Assembly (NCBI RefSeq): GCF_033153115.1
Contig: NW_026889771.1
Coordinates: 10,974,001 to 11,038,000, forward strand
Length of the DNA: 64,000 nucleotides
Source: Saccostrea echinata
Taxonomy: Eukaryota
Direction of reading: 5' to 3'
The stretch's first letter is position 1, and each line of letters begins with the position of its first letter. Positions 1 to 12,425 of this stretch are shown here, one piece after another. The notes beneath the pieces are model-generated. The model was given only the letters and a program-made list of their open reading frames with translations, did not search any database and had not been told where the DNA came from. The translations under genes were made by a program, and so were the position numbers.

Positions 1-240
1 TACAAATAATCCACAACGCCGCTTATTTCAAAGACTTCCTGTAAATTTAGATCCCGGCCCTCGTGTGACCCTACTTGGCTCCGGGGTTATGTTAAATAGA
101 AACTAGAAGCGAAATCTGAATCAAAGTGACACAAATATAATATTTAAGAAATATGTTTACAAATTACAATAAAATATACTATACATAATAAGCATAATTA
201 TAGTGATTATGCACACCCCCCCCCCCCCCCAAAATATGAA

Positions 241-487
241 TAAGGCCATCATTAAAGTATTGTTTGTTTGCCCTCTCCTGATTCAGGGTAAAATTATTAA
301 ATCGGCAGGTAGGTAAGAAAATCTTTTTTTTCTAGACAATTTCAACATATTTGCTGACAGGATAAGAGGAATAAAAAGAAAAAAAATATGATGTCCTGGA
401 ATGTAAAAACAAAAAAGTTTTGAGTCGGGCCATTTTTAGTCAGTCAGTCGGGAGAGGGCAACCAAAAAATTTTTCCAAGATGGCCTA
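241..487. mobile_element. MITE with imperfect terminal inverted repeats
   Basis: Left taaggccatc...ttgtttgccctctcc is the reverse complement of right ggagagggcaacc...gatggccta. Confidence 0.6.
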
Positions 488-2240
488 ATCTATTTTTTTT
501 GGAAATAGCAAAGTAGATCTCACTAATATAATCAATATTCTAAAGAAAAAAAAATCTTTAAACAAGGTCATACACCAAAATATAACTTTTACAACTGTAG
601 GTAATAAAATATTTTTATGTTGCAAAAATACCACTAACAACTTTCCATAGAATATTTCCCCTAACGTTTCCAATATCTAATAAAAGAGAAGTAAACACTA
701 ATTTATACATGTTATATATGTGCACAAGTTATTATTAATTGGAAGATTGAATTTTTACAGAAATACATGATTAATACATAATTTCTTGTGATTCATAGAC
801 CTAATATTTGAAAGAAAGGTTCCTACATGCTTAAAAATTGTGATGCAGATAATGTAGTATATACTAAGGTTTCAACAATATATCGTTAAGTTTAGACATA
901 TATAAGATTCTCAGATCTTATATCTCCAGTGCATTGGTGAAATTTAAACCAAAGCATGTATACAAAATGAATTATAAATTTTATTATGCTTCTTTAAGAA
1001 GAAAAGTGATTTGTTTACAGTGGTTAAAATTGTCTCCCTTGGTGCATATGGTAGCACATTTCTGCAATACATATTTTATCAGACCAGTAAATATTTATTT
1101 CTGAAAAACACATCTTTCGCCTTTATATATTTTTCTAGAGTTTTTATATGTTGATTATAATACAATTTACTAATTATAAATAAAGAAAAAAATTCTGTTG
1201 CAATTTGTTTAAGGTTTATGACAATTTGACTGGACTAAATCAACGTATGAATGAAAATGAATACTGATGATGAATAAAACGTCACCAATATAACGAAATG
1301 TCGAATTGAAGGTCACAGTAAGAGACTTCTACTTTTCAAGTAGAAATTTTAGAATAAACTCTGCTTTCTAAGAATACAAAAACAGGTCTGCTTATAAAGG
1401 TGAACAATTACTATAGTTACCATGGGAAGTCCGTCCAGCAGATTGTTGAAAGAATTTGAGATTGTTAGATTTCGGAGTTCCATTTTATCCCGATGTCAAA
1501 AAACTGGTCTTTAATTTATTAAAGTGTTGAAAGGTCATACCTTTTGATCGTACTGATTTCGGCAAAACTTTGCAATTTTAAAATTTTAAAAGTTTTTTGG
1601 AGTTTTTTTTTTTTGTATCCACATTTGATAAACATTTATTCTTGAATATGTTGTTGAATAGTATACTGCTGAAGTTGCTTCTTCATTGCATATGACTTTG
1701 TATTTTCTCTGGGATTTGTCAGTTTCATATCAGTTACTGTAAGCTACTATGTTAAAAACACTATGTATACATGTAATGATGAAGTGAGCTCACAATATAA
1801 CCAAATGCACCAGCTCAACAGAAAATACAACCAATTTAGGATCCTATTCATTTAGGACCCTTCAAGGTAATCGCAAACTATTGTCAAACGATTTTCACAA
1901 AACTCTCAAACCTTTAACACGGTTGTCTAAACTACTATTAAGAATTTTGCACAGGCATGAATTCAATACTGCCGGAATTCTTTGTCGAATGGGTCAGGAG
2001 CGACCCATGTTTCTTGAATTTAAATTACAATAACATTCTCAGCGGTGATGAAGGGATAAAATTGAATGAAACGTCATAGGATTAATTAATAAAAGGTGAG
2101 AATATTGATATTAAATGTAAACACAAACACTTTAAAAGAATAAATATTACTCTCATGCATGATACTTTTATCCCACCATTAAATTTGCAGATCCGGTTGA
2201 CTGGGTGTTTGTCAAAGCGAGGTATATATTTTAATGGGAA

Positions 2241-2262
2241 ATGGTTGCTGCACAAATAAAAT
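2241..2262 (+). CDS. Tentative first coding exon of three-finger gene (MVAAQIK)
   Basis: ATG at 2241 and donor gtaagt at 2263 (phase 1); upstream acceptor tttgcag at 2190. An out-of-frame ATG at 2234 lowers confidence. Confidence 0.45.
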
Positions 2263-5200
2263 GTAAGTATGATGTGTCAGAAAGTTCAGAGACTAGGAAT
2301 CCCTACGATTTATAACCTCTCTACTCCAAATTATTTAACTTTGAATAGATAGCTGTAATTCATTCACTTTATCATGCTCTTTTATCTTATGTTGAGAAAT
2401 CTAAATATCCCAACCCTTATCAAAAACTTGTCCTTTACTTACATTTATCATTATTCTTTAATTTTCTTGTCCAATATTTAAATGGCTAAACTCAATTTGA
2501 AAGTGAGTTGTGGAAGAAAAAGTTAAACATACATTAGATTTTGACTAATTTATGTTTAAGATGATTCAATTTTATTGAGACAAACGCTTAATTTTTAGAT
2601 ATGTTGTAGAATCGTTATATATATTTTAATGTATTACAGGGTTTTTTCTATGGGAGATTATTGGAGGTAATTCATTTAAAATACTCCTAACGTGTTATGT
2701 TCTTACAATTCCAACATTTTCGCGTTAATTTAAGGAAATATACTTAAAACTTAGGACTGGCTATCTTTGTAAAAATTAACACAACAAAATTCTAAAATTA
2801 TTGTCATTTCTTGTAATGAATGTAAAGGCTTTTTATACGTAATCCAGTGTACACCTTTGCTTTTCTTTTTCCTCTATTTAATAATATCCTTATTTTTAAA
2901 AGTAAAGTAGAGTATTTTGTAATGTGCAATTCCCTTGAAGATGAAATCTCTTAAGTCTTTTTATATTGATTAAAAAGATCTACGATTTCTTTGAGTCATT
3001 ATATATAAAATGTAGTTTTATTATTTTCACCTTCCCGGACATAAATTGTTTAATTTCCTATAATATTAGTACGGAAGCGTAAAGGTCTCTACACTTGTTG
3101 TGTTATAACTTGTTCCTTGTCTTATTTTTGGTGTCTTGTCAACATATAAAGTGTTATAATTTGTTATTTATATACTTATTTTGTATTGTATTAAGGTGTT
3201 TTTACATAGTTTAAGGCATTTTCATTTATTTGATTGATTTTATTGCTATATGTTTTATCGACTTAAAAAATATTGATTTGAAGATATTAATCTAAGCAGG
3301 AGAATTAAATATATCGATGTAGTAATCTCGACATGCAACAATAAAAAATACATGCATAGTAGTTATATCGATTTAAATATGCTAGTATTTCTGGGAGAAA
3401 AGTGTGATTTTCAAATATTGTTCTCGAACTAATTTTGGCTCGGGAATTCTAATGAAACGTCAAATCACTCGGTATTAAGTGACGGCAAATGTACCATGTG
3501 TAAAGTTTGAAATATTATAGAAAGACTCAAAAAGTTTTGAAGAAGGGGGTGAGGGGATTCATGAGTAGTTAGATTGTCTCCGGTAAAGCAAATATCAATT
3601 TGATATTAAAATTATATATGCTTTCAAAATATCCATTATAAGTATAGTGATTAGTTATATAATTAACAACAGGCGCCCCCTCCCACCGGTTTCAAATTCT
3701 GTTTATAGATACATGTAGTACTAGGCCTATTTGTATATGCATCAAAAGTAATAAAATTATAAAATGACACTGGCTATATGTAAACTCTGTAAATGTTGAT
3801 GTTTTGTCACCATGTGGTAAACATATAGGATCCGCAACATAGACATGAACCTCCACACTCTTGACAACCCTCCCCTTCAAAAAATATAATTAGTGAATCA
3901 ACCAGAATATCAGATAAAATGTCAATATCAGCAGATCAGATTTAACTTCTTATTGCGTAAAATGATATAATATCAATTCTGCCGCATAAGTGTAATCACA
4001 AAGAAAAAAAGGAGTGGTGTTAATCGAATAAAATTCTGGTATTTGACAAGCAAAACAATAAAACAAAAGACACTTGATAATCCATCTAAAAGTGTTCTCT
4101 ATTACTTTCGGGACAAGTAGCCCCTATGACTAAGCCTATTATCTACATGTACAATGTATCTGCTGATATCTCCCCATCCTCCTTCCTCAAAAGATTTCTG
4201 AATTTCATAAATAAATTATCTAACACACTATAATCGTATACGCTAGCAAATACATGATACAAGTGCTGTCTCCGAATTCCTAGTAACGTTTAATTATAAT
4301 TACCGCTCCTGCGATGTTGATTCATTAACAATATTTTCTCACTTTTTTCAGGAAATATTAATATATTTATATCGATATTGTTGTATATTTATTGTTAAAA
4401 CTGACTTTACTGTATCGATATGATTTAATCTCTTGCTTTGATACATGTAAATATTTTTTAAAATCAATATTTTCTAAGTCGATATTTTAAGGCAAGAAAA
4501 TAAATCAATCAAAGAAGGTGCCTTAAATTATATTCAAACACCTAAATACATTTCATAATTTGTGTATAAATAAGGAGTTTTAACACTTTATATTTTGATA
4601 TGACAATAACAAATAAGACCATGTGCAAGTTGTAACACAAGTGTAGTGAACTTTACTCTTCCGTTAATTTGACAGACGTGTACAAATTAATGTTTGGTTT
4701 TTCAAAAAAAAAAATTAGTGAAGTAGGTCCATCTTTGGGTGTGAAAGGTTGATAAAGAAATCTTCAAAGCGCGACAAGAACTTCATAATTCGATTTGTGA
4801 AGAATTACTTCTATGCTACACAGCACATCTTGCTGTTAAGAACAATGTACTTTAATTTGAAAACAACTGTAATATAACTTTAAAAAAAAAAGTAATGAAA
4901 TTTTGGGCATCTCCTTTCTGCTCTGATAGTAATAGATATCACTTTTTCTACAGTTGTAACTTCTGTCGGCACGAATTGTTTTACTTGCAATGGCGTTTTG
5001 AACATGCAATTGTGCAACACAACAACAACATGTGGAGATGGGGAGGTACTTTTCATTTTTATCAACTTATCTGTTGTGGATAAACAGAAATAATGGTAGA
5101 CATAATTGTTTAATAAATAATTAGTCACTCCTTTTATATACATGTAACATAATACACGTAGGCCTTACATGCATAGGTAAAGATAAATACTTTTTTATTT

Positions 5201-8200
5201 TTATATGGTCCGTAATTTTGCATATATTTGACAATTGTAAGTAAATGTAAATATGTTATGTAAGTAAAAACATATATATACTTCAGGTTTGTTAGAAGAT
5301 TAATTAGAAAAAAAAAATATCAGTAATATCGAACTTGTGTCGAAAAACATGTATTACACACGCTTTGAACTTGGTATCAAAAGTTATCATGGCTATTTAT
5401 CATTGGAAAATCTTGGATGTATACAATTTACAAGTGACACCTTTTCGACGAATCAGTGAAACTTCCTGGACCACCACACTTCCAAGTCGCAGGACCCTAT
5501 GCATACCAGATTGTTTCTGTAAACTGTATATATATAAGTTCTGCTGCTCAAGCATTTTTTTTATTCCATATATCGACAGAGTCGCCAAACTGCATTTTGA
5601 AATTTTTTTTTAAAAAAAAACCAAAAACCTAGCATTCAGTCTTCATTTCCGAATGAAAACGTTTTTAAGTAATAAGTGATTTTCAGAATCACCATAATTT
5701 TTACAGAGGGGTTTGTATATATATATCAATATTTTATGTCTATCGAAATATACGCAAAGTTATTAACTAAAAATTACAATATCTTGGAAATGGCAGCTTG
5801 CATATCTTGTACATTACATTAGTATTCACATCACCTTCTATTCAAAGAGAAAAATGAAGGGTACACATGTATAAGCCTTATATGTACATCAAAACACTTA
5901 TAATTCTGTATAACTCGAGTGTTACTTTACAACACGATGAAACATAAACATACAATTCTAATATAAGGCCTGATTTTAAGGAATGCTTCCTCGAAAGAGT
6001 CACGAAAGCAGACCTGCAAGTTATTTCTAATGCCGGTTGTAGAAGTAAACAGGTAAGAAAGATAATTATTTTTATCTAATTTTGATAATTGATATCTTTT
6101 CTTTTATTATTTTAATTAAAAGTTATTTCTGCTTATTAAGCATTTTAAGGCTATGGTTATAAGTTGCAATTTAAATAAGATAAATAAATTAAGTTGTAAT
6201 TTAATATATGCACATATATAATTACAATATTTTGCATGAACGGAAAGAATGTTATAATCGAAAATAATGTTAATGTTTTAATGTTATTTTTAAATGTAAT
6301 AATGTAATTAAGGTTTGTGATATCATGGCGGCTCTGAATGGAAGACGAAGAGATTTGGTGAACTGTGCTCAATGCTGCCTTACGTCTCCTGGAGCTTCGG
6401 AACCTTGTAATGCAAGACTGTGTGGTCAGCGTCCTCTTGGTAAGTCACGCACTTTATATGTTTTACTAGAATCGACATTTTTTCAGCTTTTTGGGTTGAG
6501 AAAACAAGGTAGTGTTTTGTTGTAACTATTGTTTCAAGTACGTGCGACCCATTTCTTTTTAGTGTTGACTCCTGAAATCAAAAGGTTCGAAGTTTTATAT
6601 CCTTTTATTTTGTTCTTATGTAAGTGCGACCCATTTCTTTTTAACCTTGAATCGAAAGACTCAAATTTTTATCACCTTTTATAACTTTTTTAAATAATCT
6701 TTTATAGAAAAAAAGCTTAAATTTAACGTTTAATTTAATCTACAGTATATTTCATACATTTTTTAACAAATATGTTCCAATTCATTTTACATATCAGACT
6801 CTTTTCTGGAATTATTCGCTGACAAACCTTTTTTGGTCTTAGTTCGATGTAATTTTGATTTATAAAAGTTAAAAAAAGTAAATGTTCTTCAACATTAAAG
6901 ATTTTGCAAGAGAGTTATATTTTCGATTATTTACATTTGCTGTGTTATTTTTACGGAACCAACAATGAAATTGATTTGAATTCAATTTTCGTTTAAATAT
7001 ACACGAAGAAACGTGCGCTAAATAAACGTCAAACTGAGGCTACCAATAAAAGAATAACGATATAAAGAGCAGCAAAAAATTAAGATCTTAGGTGTATTTT
7101 TGTTTGTTTTAAACGTAAAATTGAAATATAGGGATTTTTATTAGGTTGTGAATATTACTGCATATGGTGTATAAATCAGCACACAGACTTGTCACGTGGA
7201 CATATTTTTCTGTTTAATATTTTTAGAAAATATTAATGGAAACACAGTTACTTGAAAATAACAATTCGGAATGAAGCCTTCACTAATGCATGAATAATTA
7301 CATAAATTTTCTATAACTTATATAAAATATGCATGACAAATAGAGAAGACATCTTAACGCTGATACTGTATCAATATAGTTGAGAACTGTTCAAAGTTGA
7401 ATAGTAAGAGGGATGCTTATTCATGTTATTATTAGATGTACATTAATTACATGTAAACAAGGGCAATGCAAAGCGCTTCTTCTTGTAAGAGCCAACAAAT
7501 GACATGGATCCCAATTAAATTGTTACTTAAACGCACTCACTAACTTACTCATGCACATACCAAAAAGCGCTTTAAATATTTCGTTTCAAGGGGATAAAGA
7601 GGTCATACAAATCGATGGTAAATTTCTATGCTAGTCACCATATTCTTTTAGAAGAACTTGTGAAAGAAAATTGATCTTTAAATCCATCATTGAATGTGTA
7701 TCACGTATAATTTTTCACAGCTACCACCATGTCACCTTCGGCAGGAACTGGACTGAAGTGTATGAATTGTCACCATGCACTTTCTGTTCATGAATGCAAG
7801 AAAACAGCAGTGGAATGCCAGCACAATGAGGTAATTATAACTGCTTACTCTGATCCAGTAACACAGAAAGTCCATTACAATGTAAAAAAAAATATTTACC
7901 ATCTCGAATATAATAGATTATAGACGTCCTATTGACATCAGTATGTCTTACTTATGCATGTAGTTCTATTCCCTGTGACTGAAAATGAACAATGTTTCAT
8001 CACTGTCTATTATCTTATACAAAATTTAGCAGGTCAATACTGTTTTCTGTATTTTTTAATGTACGTGCAGTGTAATATTTTAGGAATGTTATTTTGAATC
8101 AGTTACTACACCAGATCGTAGAGTGAAATTCAATGCTGGGTGTAGGAGCAGAGCGGTATGTTTAGACCTTCGGGCATGAATAATCATTTATTCAATTTCA

Positions 8201-8811
8201 TAATTAAGCATTTACTTGGCTACAGCAATATGAAATATTATAAAGGGAAATGACTGAATATCGCATGCGGTATATTTGATAATCGGTAATGTAAAATAAT
8301 ACCTGGCATTCTGGTATTACGCTTAAGGTATGCAACTTGATGAGTTCATTTGGACCAAAGATTGGCAAAAGGGATTTGGTGAATTGTGCCGAATGTTGCA
8401 GTGATCCCCCAGACAGTAATGGACCTTGTAATACACGATTATGTGGTGAAAGTAAGAATTGAAAACAGTATTTGTTATTTGCTCTATTTGCTCATATATT
8501 ATAGTTATCAACGAAACAATGAAATTCAACAGGATGTTACTGAAGTCACCTTAGGACTGAGAAATATCTATGAGAGATCTAACTCCAAAGTGACACCACC
8601 AAATCTGTCCCTACTTCAGATACATCTTAGGGTTTCCCCAAACGTAAAGACTTTGCAAGATCCGTTCTAAGATGAATTTAAGAGGAGTCCTTTGTGCATG
8701 ATGAAATATTGGAATTAAAGCATGGCCACAATGTTACAGAATTTGCTAAAAATAATTAATCTGTTATTGTGCACTTTGACCATAGTATTTGAGGTAACAT
8801 TTCGTAGAAGT

Positions 8812-8856
<45 letters not shown>

Positions 8857-11444
8857 TGCTCATTATACGATGAAGTCTAATGCATAATACTGTATACAGG
8901 ATTATTTTCAGCCCACGTTATTTTCACCCTTTCACACTTGCAACCAATTTTGTCCCGTTTTAATTTCGCCCAGTCACATTTCTGTTGAAGAAATTATACT
9001 GTATTCTTTGAATTCGAACCATTCTAAATTCGCCCGCCTGTGAGTAGGGCGAAAGGGGTGAAAATTAAATTTCCCTGTATACAGTAGTCGCTATTCAGTC
9101 AAAGTCTAGGAGTGAAGGAGAATATAGTCGTGCTAACCAGCACGGAATTTTTTTTTAACCTGTAACTCTCTCTAACTCATAAAGGAAATACTGATTTGTT
9201 CGTTTGTAAATATAAAATTATGTTATGTAACTAGCTGTTAAGTATTATTGAAATGTGATACCTATACAAATTATTTTTTTAAACTTTTCTCCAATATTCA
9301 AAATGTATTCATAATTCCTTTTTTTATACATGTTGTCGACTTTGCTATCTTAACTATACACGATTTTGATAAACTGATAATATTGAAAGTCATTCTACTC
9401 AATCATTTGTACATATCCCAAATCTAATAAACAATTTTTTAGGGATAGGTACTCGAAGTTTTTTTTAAATTGTTCTAAGTTCTTAATGTTCAAGTGTCTT
9501 CTAGGGAAAAAAGAATTCTTAGGAGTTCTGAAAAATGAATGTTTTTATTTTGCACATACCTGATTTAATTATAGTCCAGTAACAAGTGATTTTAAAGTTT
9601 CAATTAATTCAATTTAGCAGTAATGGTTATGTGTACAATGACACAATATTTTGACAAAGATGAAGTCTCAATATGACTTAATTTCTTCAGTGTTATTTTG
9701 TGCAATTATCCATCAATAAAACTAACATCTTACAGGTTCTGCCCCACGATGCTTGGTGTGTGATGGCCTGCAGGCCTCTAGAGCTGATTGTCAATCCTCG
9801 GCGATTTGCCCTCAAAATCAGGTAAAAAAATAAAAATATACATATCAAGTTTAAGGAGTGTTTTGACCAAATTGCCAATAATAGCAACTATCCCCTGTGT
9901 TCTTTATCCTTTCTTGGTATGATGAGAACAATTGCTGCTTACATAGTACATGTTCAAATTCTATCAATTAATCACATTCAACAACATGTCTTATCACTCT
10001 ATACAGTTCCTCAATCAGAAAGGTTCTCATAAATTCTTTAAATTAACAATCACTTTACCTGCATCAAGACATTCCACATAATAAAAATGTAGATAAGGAA
10101 TTTTATATACCTCATAGAAATTTAAAATGTCAAAAATTGAAAAAAGGACAACAAATGATTATGGTTTTTTTTTTTATAAGATTAATTGTCCATTTGATGT
10201 TAAAAACCGTAAAGTATATATAACTAAGCAAAAAAAAAAATTATCTTTTTCCTGTGTAGACATGTTACAATGGAGTACGCATTACTGGTTCATCATCCCT
10301 TCAGTACGTGTATGGTTGTGAAGAAGAGAAGGTTTGTTATCTAGGTTATATGTATTCTTAGATGATCTACATTTGTAAGTTTGATATAAACCTGTATATA
10401 TCTGTATCACAAATGGAGGCTATTCAAACAGAATTTAGCTCTGCAAACCTTGTCTCATTTATATAGATAAGAGCCCTTCTTATGCCAAAATCACAAAATG
10501 GAAATTAGAAAAACTTACGATCTCTTAACTAAAGGATAATTTCTTTTTGTCCCAATACACATTTTGATTTAGACATAAGATTTTAAGTTCACTGATTTGA
10601 GAGATGTTTTGTGTTCCAGAGGTTTAAGAAAACTTTTTCCTTCACTCACTTTTGAAACCAGATCCAAATAAAAATCAAACTTGAGCAGTGCAATCATTTT
10701 ACGCCTTGCATTGAAATCCGCTCAAGAAAAACGACATATGACATGTTAAGCACACGTATGGGGTGAAAACACAATGTCTGTGTATATTTTTTAGGAAGAT
10801 TAAAATAAATTCTTTGTTCGACATTAATGTATAGCTTCAACATTTGAATAGCCATTAATTGAATAAACTAAATATGTCTTCATTAGAAATTCTACTTTTA
10901 AAACAAAAATAAAATTCATGGATACTTTTTATCTCTTTCTTTGTGATAACATTACATGTATTTTCATTTAGACTTGCCAAGCGTTTGCTAAGAATTATCA
11001 TCATTATCACAATAATCAACATGCTGGTCGATCCGTGTCTAATGACGGTGGAGTAATTGTATGTGATTCATGTTGTAAAGATGACATGTGTAACTCCCAG
11101 GATTGCTTCGCTTTATTGAAGAGTAAGACGCATACATGTTTTGTTCTGTATTCATATCAATGACAAAAAAAAAATATGACATAAATATTATTAAAAATTA
11201 AACATGTATATATATCTAACAAACAAAATTTAAAGAGTTGATATCAAATATCCTCAATAAGCATACCATGCAAAAGAAAAAAAGATTAGTGTGTAAAGAA
11301 TACATCTTTGACAGAGCAATAAGAGTAATACATTCAATAATTATTCAGAAGTCATCATATGGTGATATATAATTCTTATTTGTAGACATGACAGTGAGTA
11401 TGTATGACACAACACAAATGCAGACCGGTAATATCATTGGATAA
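2241..11444 (+). CDS. Multi-exon gene for a secreted cysteine-rich protein with three tandem Ly6/uPAR-like (three-finger) domains, ~337 aa
   Basis: Manually spliced exons, all GT-AG and phase-compatible: 2241-2262, 2640-2666 (both tentative, signal peptide), 4954-5045, 5981-6052, 6313-6439, 7721-7830, 8084-8155, 8328-8451, 9736-9821, 10260-10331, 10972-11122, 11386-11444. Translation gives three repeats of CxxC..C..C..C..GC..C..CxxCC..CN..C, ending ...GNIIG-stop. Confidence 0.85.
2640..2666 (+). CDS. Tentative 27-nt signal-peptide exon (WFFLWEIIG)
   Basis: tattacag acceptor and gtaatt donor, phase 1-1. Joins in frame to give MVAAQIKWFFLWEIIGVVTSVG. Confidence 0.5.
3072..4663. mobile_element. 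Non-autonomous DNA element with ~300-bp degenerate inverted arms (intronic)
   Basis: 3072-~3375 is the reverse complement of ~4360-4663 (cggaagcgtaaagg...acacttg versus caagtgtagtgaactttactcttccg). Fragments of the same terminus occur at ~24173 and ~38935. Confidence 0.7.
4954..5045 (+). CDS. Three-finger gene exon, domain 1a (VTSVGTNCFTCNGVLNMQLCNTTTTCGDGE)
   Basis: ttttctacag acceptor and gtactt donor, phase 1-0; Cys spacing matches exons 7721-7830 and 9736-9821. Confidence 0.85.
5981..6052 (+). CDS. Three-finger gene exon, domain 1b (ECFLERVTKADLQVISNAGCRSKQ)
   Basis: ttttaag acceptor and gtaaga donor, 72 nt, phase 0-0; paralogous to 8084-8155. Confidence 0.9.
6313..6439 (+). CDS. Three-finger gene exon, domain 1c (VCDIMAALNGRRRDLVNCAQCCLTSPGASEPCNARLCGQRPL)
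   Basis: ttaag acceptor and gtaagt donor, phase 0-1; contains CC..CN motif; overlaps ORF 6325..6525. Confidence 0.9.
7721..7830 (+). CDS. Three-finger gene exon, domain 2a (TTMSPSAGTGLKCMNCHHALSVHECKKTAVECQHNE)
   Basis: tttttcacag acceptor and gtaatt donor, phase 1-0; LKCxxC start typical of LU domains. Confidence 0.9.
8084..8155 (+). CDS. Three-finger gene exon, domain 2b (ECYFESVTTPDRRVKFNAGCRSRA)
   Basis: ttttag acceptor and gtatgt donor, 72 nt, phase 0-0. Confidence 0.9.
8328..8451 (+). CDS. Three-finger gene exon, domain 2c (VCNLMSSFGPKIGKRDLVNCAECCSDPPDSNGPCNTRLCGE)
   Basis: cttaag acceptor and gtaaga donor, phase 0-1; paralogous to 6313-6439. Confidence 0.9.
8890..9084. mobile_element. 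Tc1/mariner-type MITE (intronic)
   Basis: TA-ctgtatacagg ... cctgtatacag-TA: terminal inverted repeat (TIR) with TA target duplication. Confidence 0.8.
9736..9821 (+). CDS. Three-finger gene exon, domain 3a (SAPRCLVCDGLQASRADCQSSAICPQNQ)
   Basis: cttacag acceptor and gtaaaa donor, phase 1-0. Confidence 0.88.
10260..10331 (+). CDS. Three-finger gene exon, domain 3b (TCYNGVRITGSSSLQYVYGCEEEK)
   Basis: Polypyrimidine tract plus tgtag acceptor and gtttgt donor, 72 nt, phase 0-0. Confidence 0.88.
10972..11122 (+). CDS. Three-finger gene exon, domain 3c (TCQAFAKNYHHYHNNQHAGRSVSNDGGVIVCDSCCKDDMCNSQDCFALLK)
   Basis: catttag acceptor and gtaaga donor, phase 0-1; canonical CCxxxxCN. Confidence 0.9.
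11386..11444 (+). CDS. Terminal coding exon of three-finger gene (NMTVSMYDTTQMQTGNIIG*)
   Basis: ttatttgtag acceptor, phase 1, TAA at 11442-11444, AATAAA 20 nt downstream. Confidence 0.75.
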
Positions 11445-11464
11445 CCCATGTCTAACTATGATGA

Positions 11465-11470
11465 AATAAA
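11465..11470 (+). promoter_or_regulatory. Putative polyadenylation signal of three-finger gene
   Basis: First AATAAA after the stop codon; the motif is common in AT-rich DNA. Confidence 0.4.
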
Positions 11471-11564
11471 CGAAATATTGTAATGTTTTAGTAATCAGAA
11501 ACAGGTGCATGCATGCTGAATTTGATCATGGGTTGGGCACTTGAAGCACAGACCTACAAAATAT

Positions 11565-11726
11565 AAAAGGCGTAGGACGTAGGGGAAGGATTAAAGGATC
11601 ATTCAACTGATTTCCGTCGAAAAAATATAGCATGAATACATTTAAGCTGAATTTATGCCACCATTACGTTATTCCAATTTTTTAATTTTGAAAGTAAAGA
11701 TAGTTCTACGCTCCCATACCCTTTAA
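11565..11726. mobile_element. Small degenerate MITE
   Basis: taaaaggcgtaggacgtagg versus ctacgctcccataccctttaa, an imperfect inverted repeat. Confidence 0.35.
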
Positions 11727-12425
11727 GCCTAAGAAACAGTATTTTAAAAGGAACAATAAGTAATGGAAAAAAATTATACTGTTACACCTTGTAACACAAT
11801 CACCCTGTTACTCTGCTAACTTTCAATAAAAGTAAGCCTTATTACAGCTTTTTTTTATGCAGACAGCAGTACAATTTAGGAGAAAGGAAAAAAATAAAAT
11901 ACACTGAATATAATTGAAACTGTTGTTTAAAAACTTTACATTGCTATTCTTGTATAGTGTTTAGGCTTTATAGACGTGTAAATGTCTTTAGTTACATAAA
12001 TATCTTAGCAGACAAACAAATTCCCCAATGCCTTCCCCAAAGTGTGCATTTCATCATAATCCGTTCAAAACAGAATATTACTTCATAACCGAGATGATTC
12101 ATGTGAAAGCAAAAGGTAAATTATTTCTGTAAAAATATTGAGCTTTTTTCGAGACAGAAACTGGGTGAAATATAATAGCATTTGAAAGTTATCACATAAC
12201 GACACACAGTCGTAAAATAGACAAATGTTCCATAAAATTACACTTCCAATGCATTGAAAGCTAAAGTTATATTTGTATGAGCTTCGAATGTGACCCAACA
12301 ACCACTTCATGGGGTTAAAAATCACATTTCAAATCCGAAATGATCTTTACCCTGTTTATACTTTAAGACCATAAACTATCTCTGCCAAAGTTGTGCTTTT
12401 AATGTCTCCATAATTTTATCCTTAA

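Noticed and set aside
5335-5613. 92-aa ORF within the three-finger gene
   Set aside because: It is intronic; flanking exons join in phase without it and it has no recognisable motif or splice signals.
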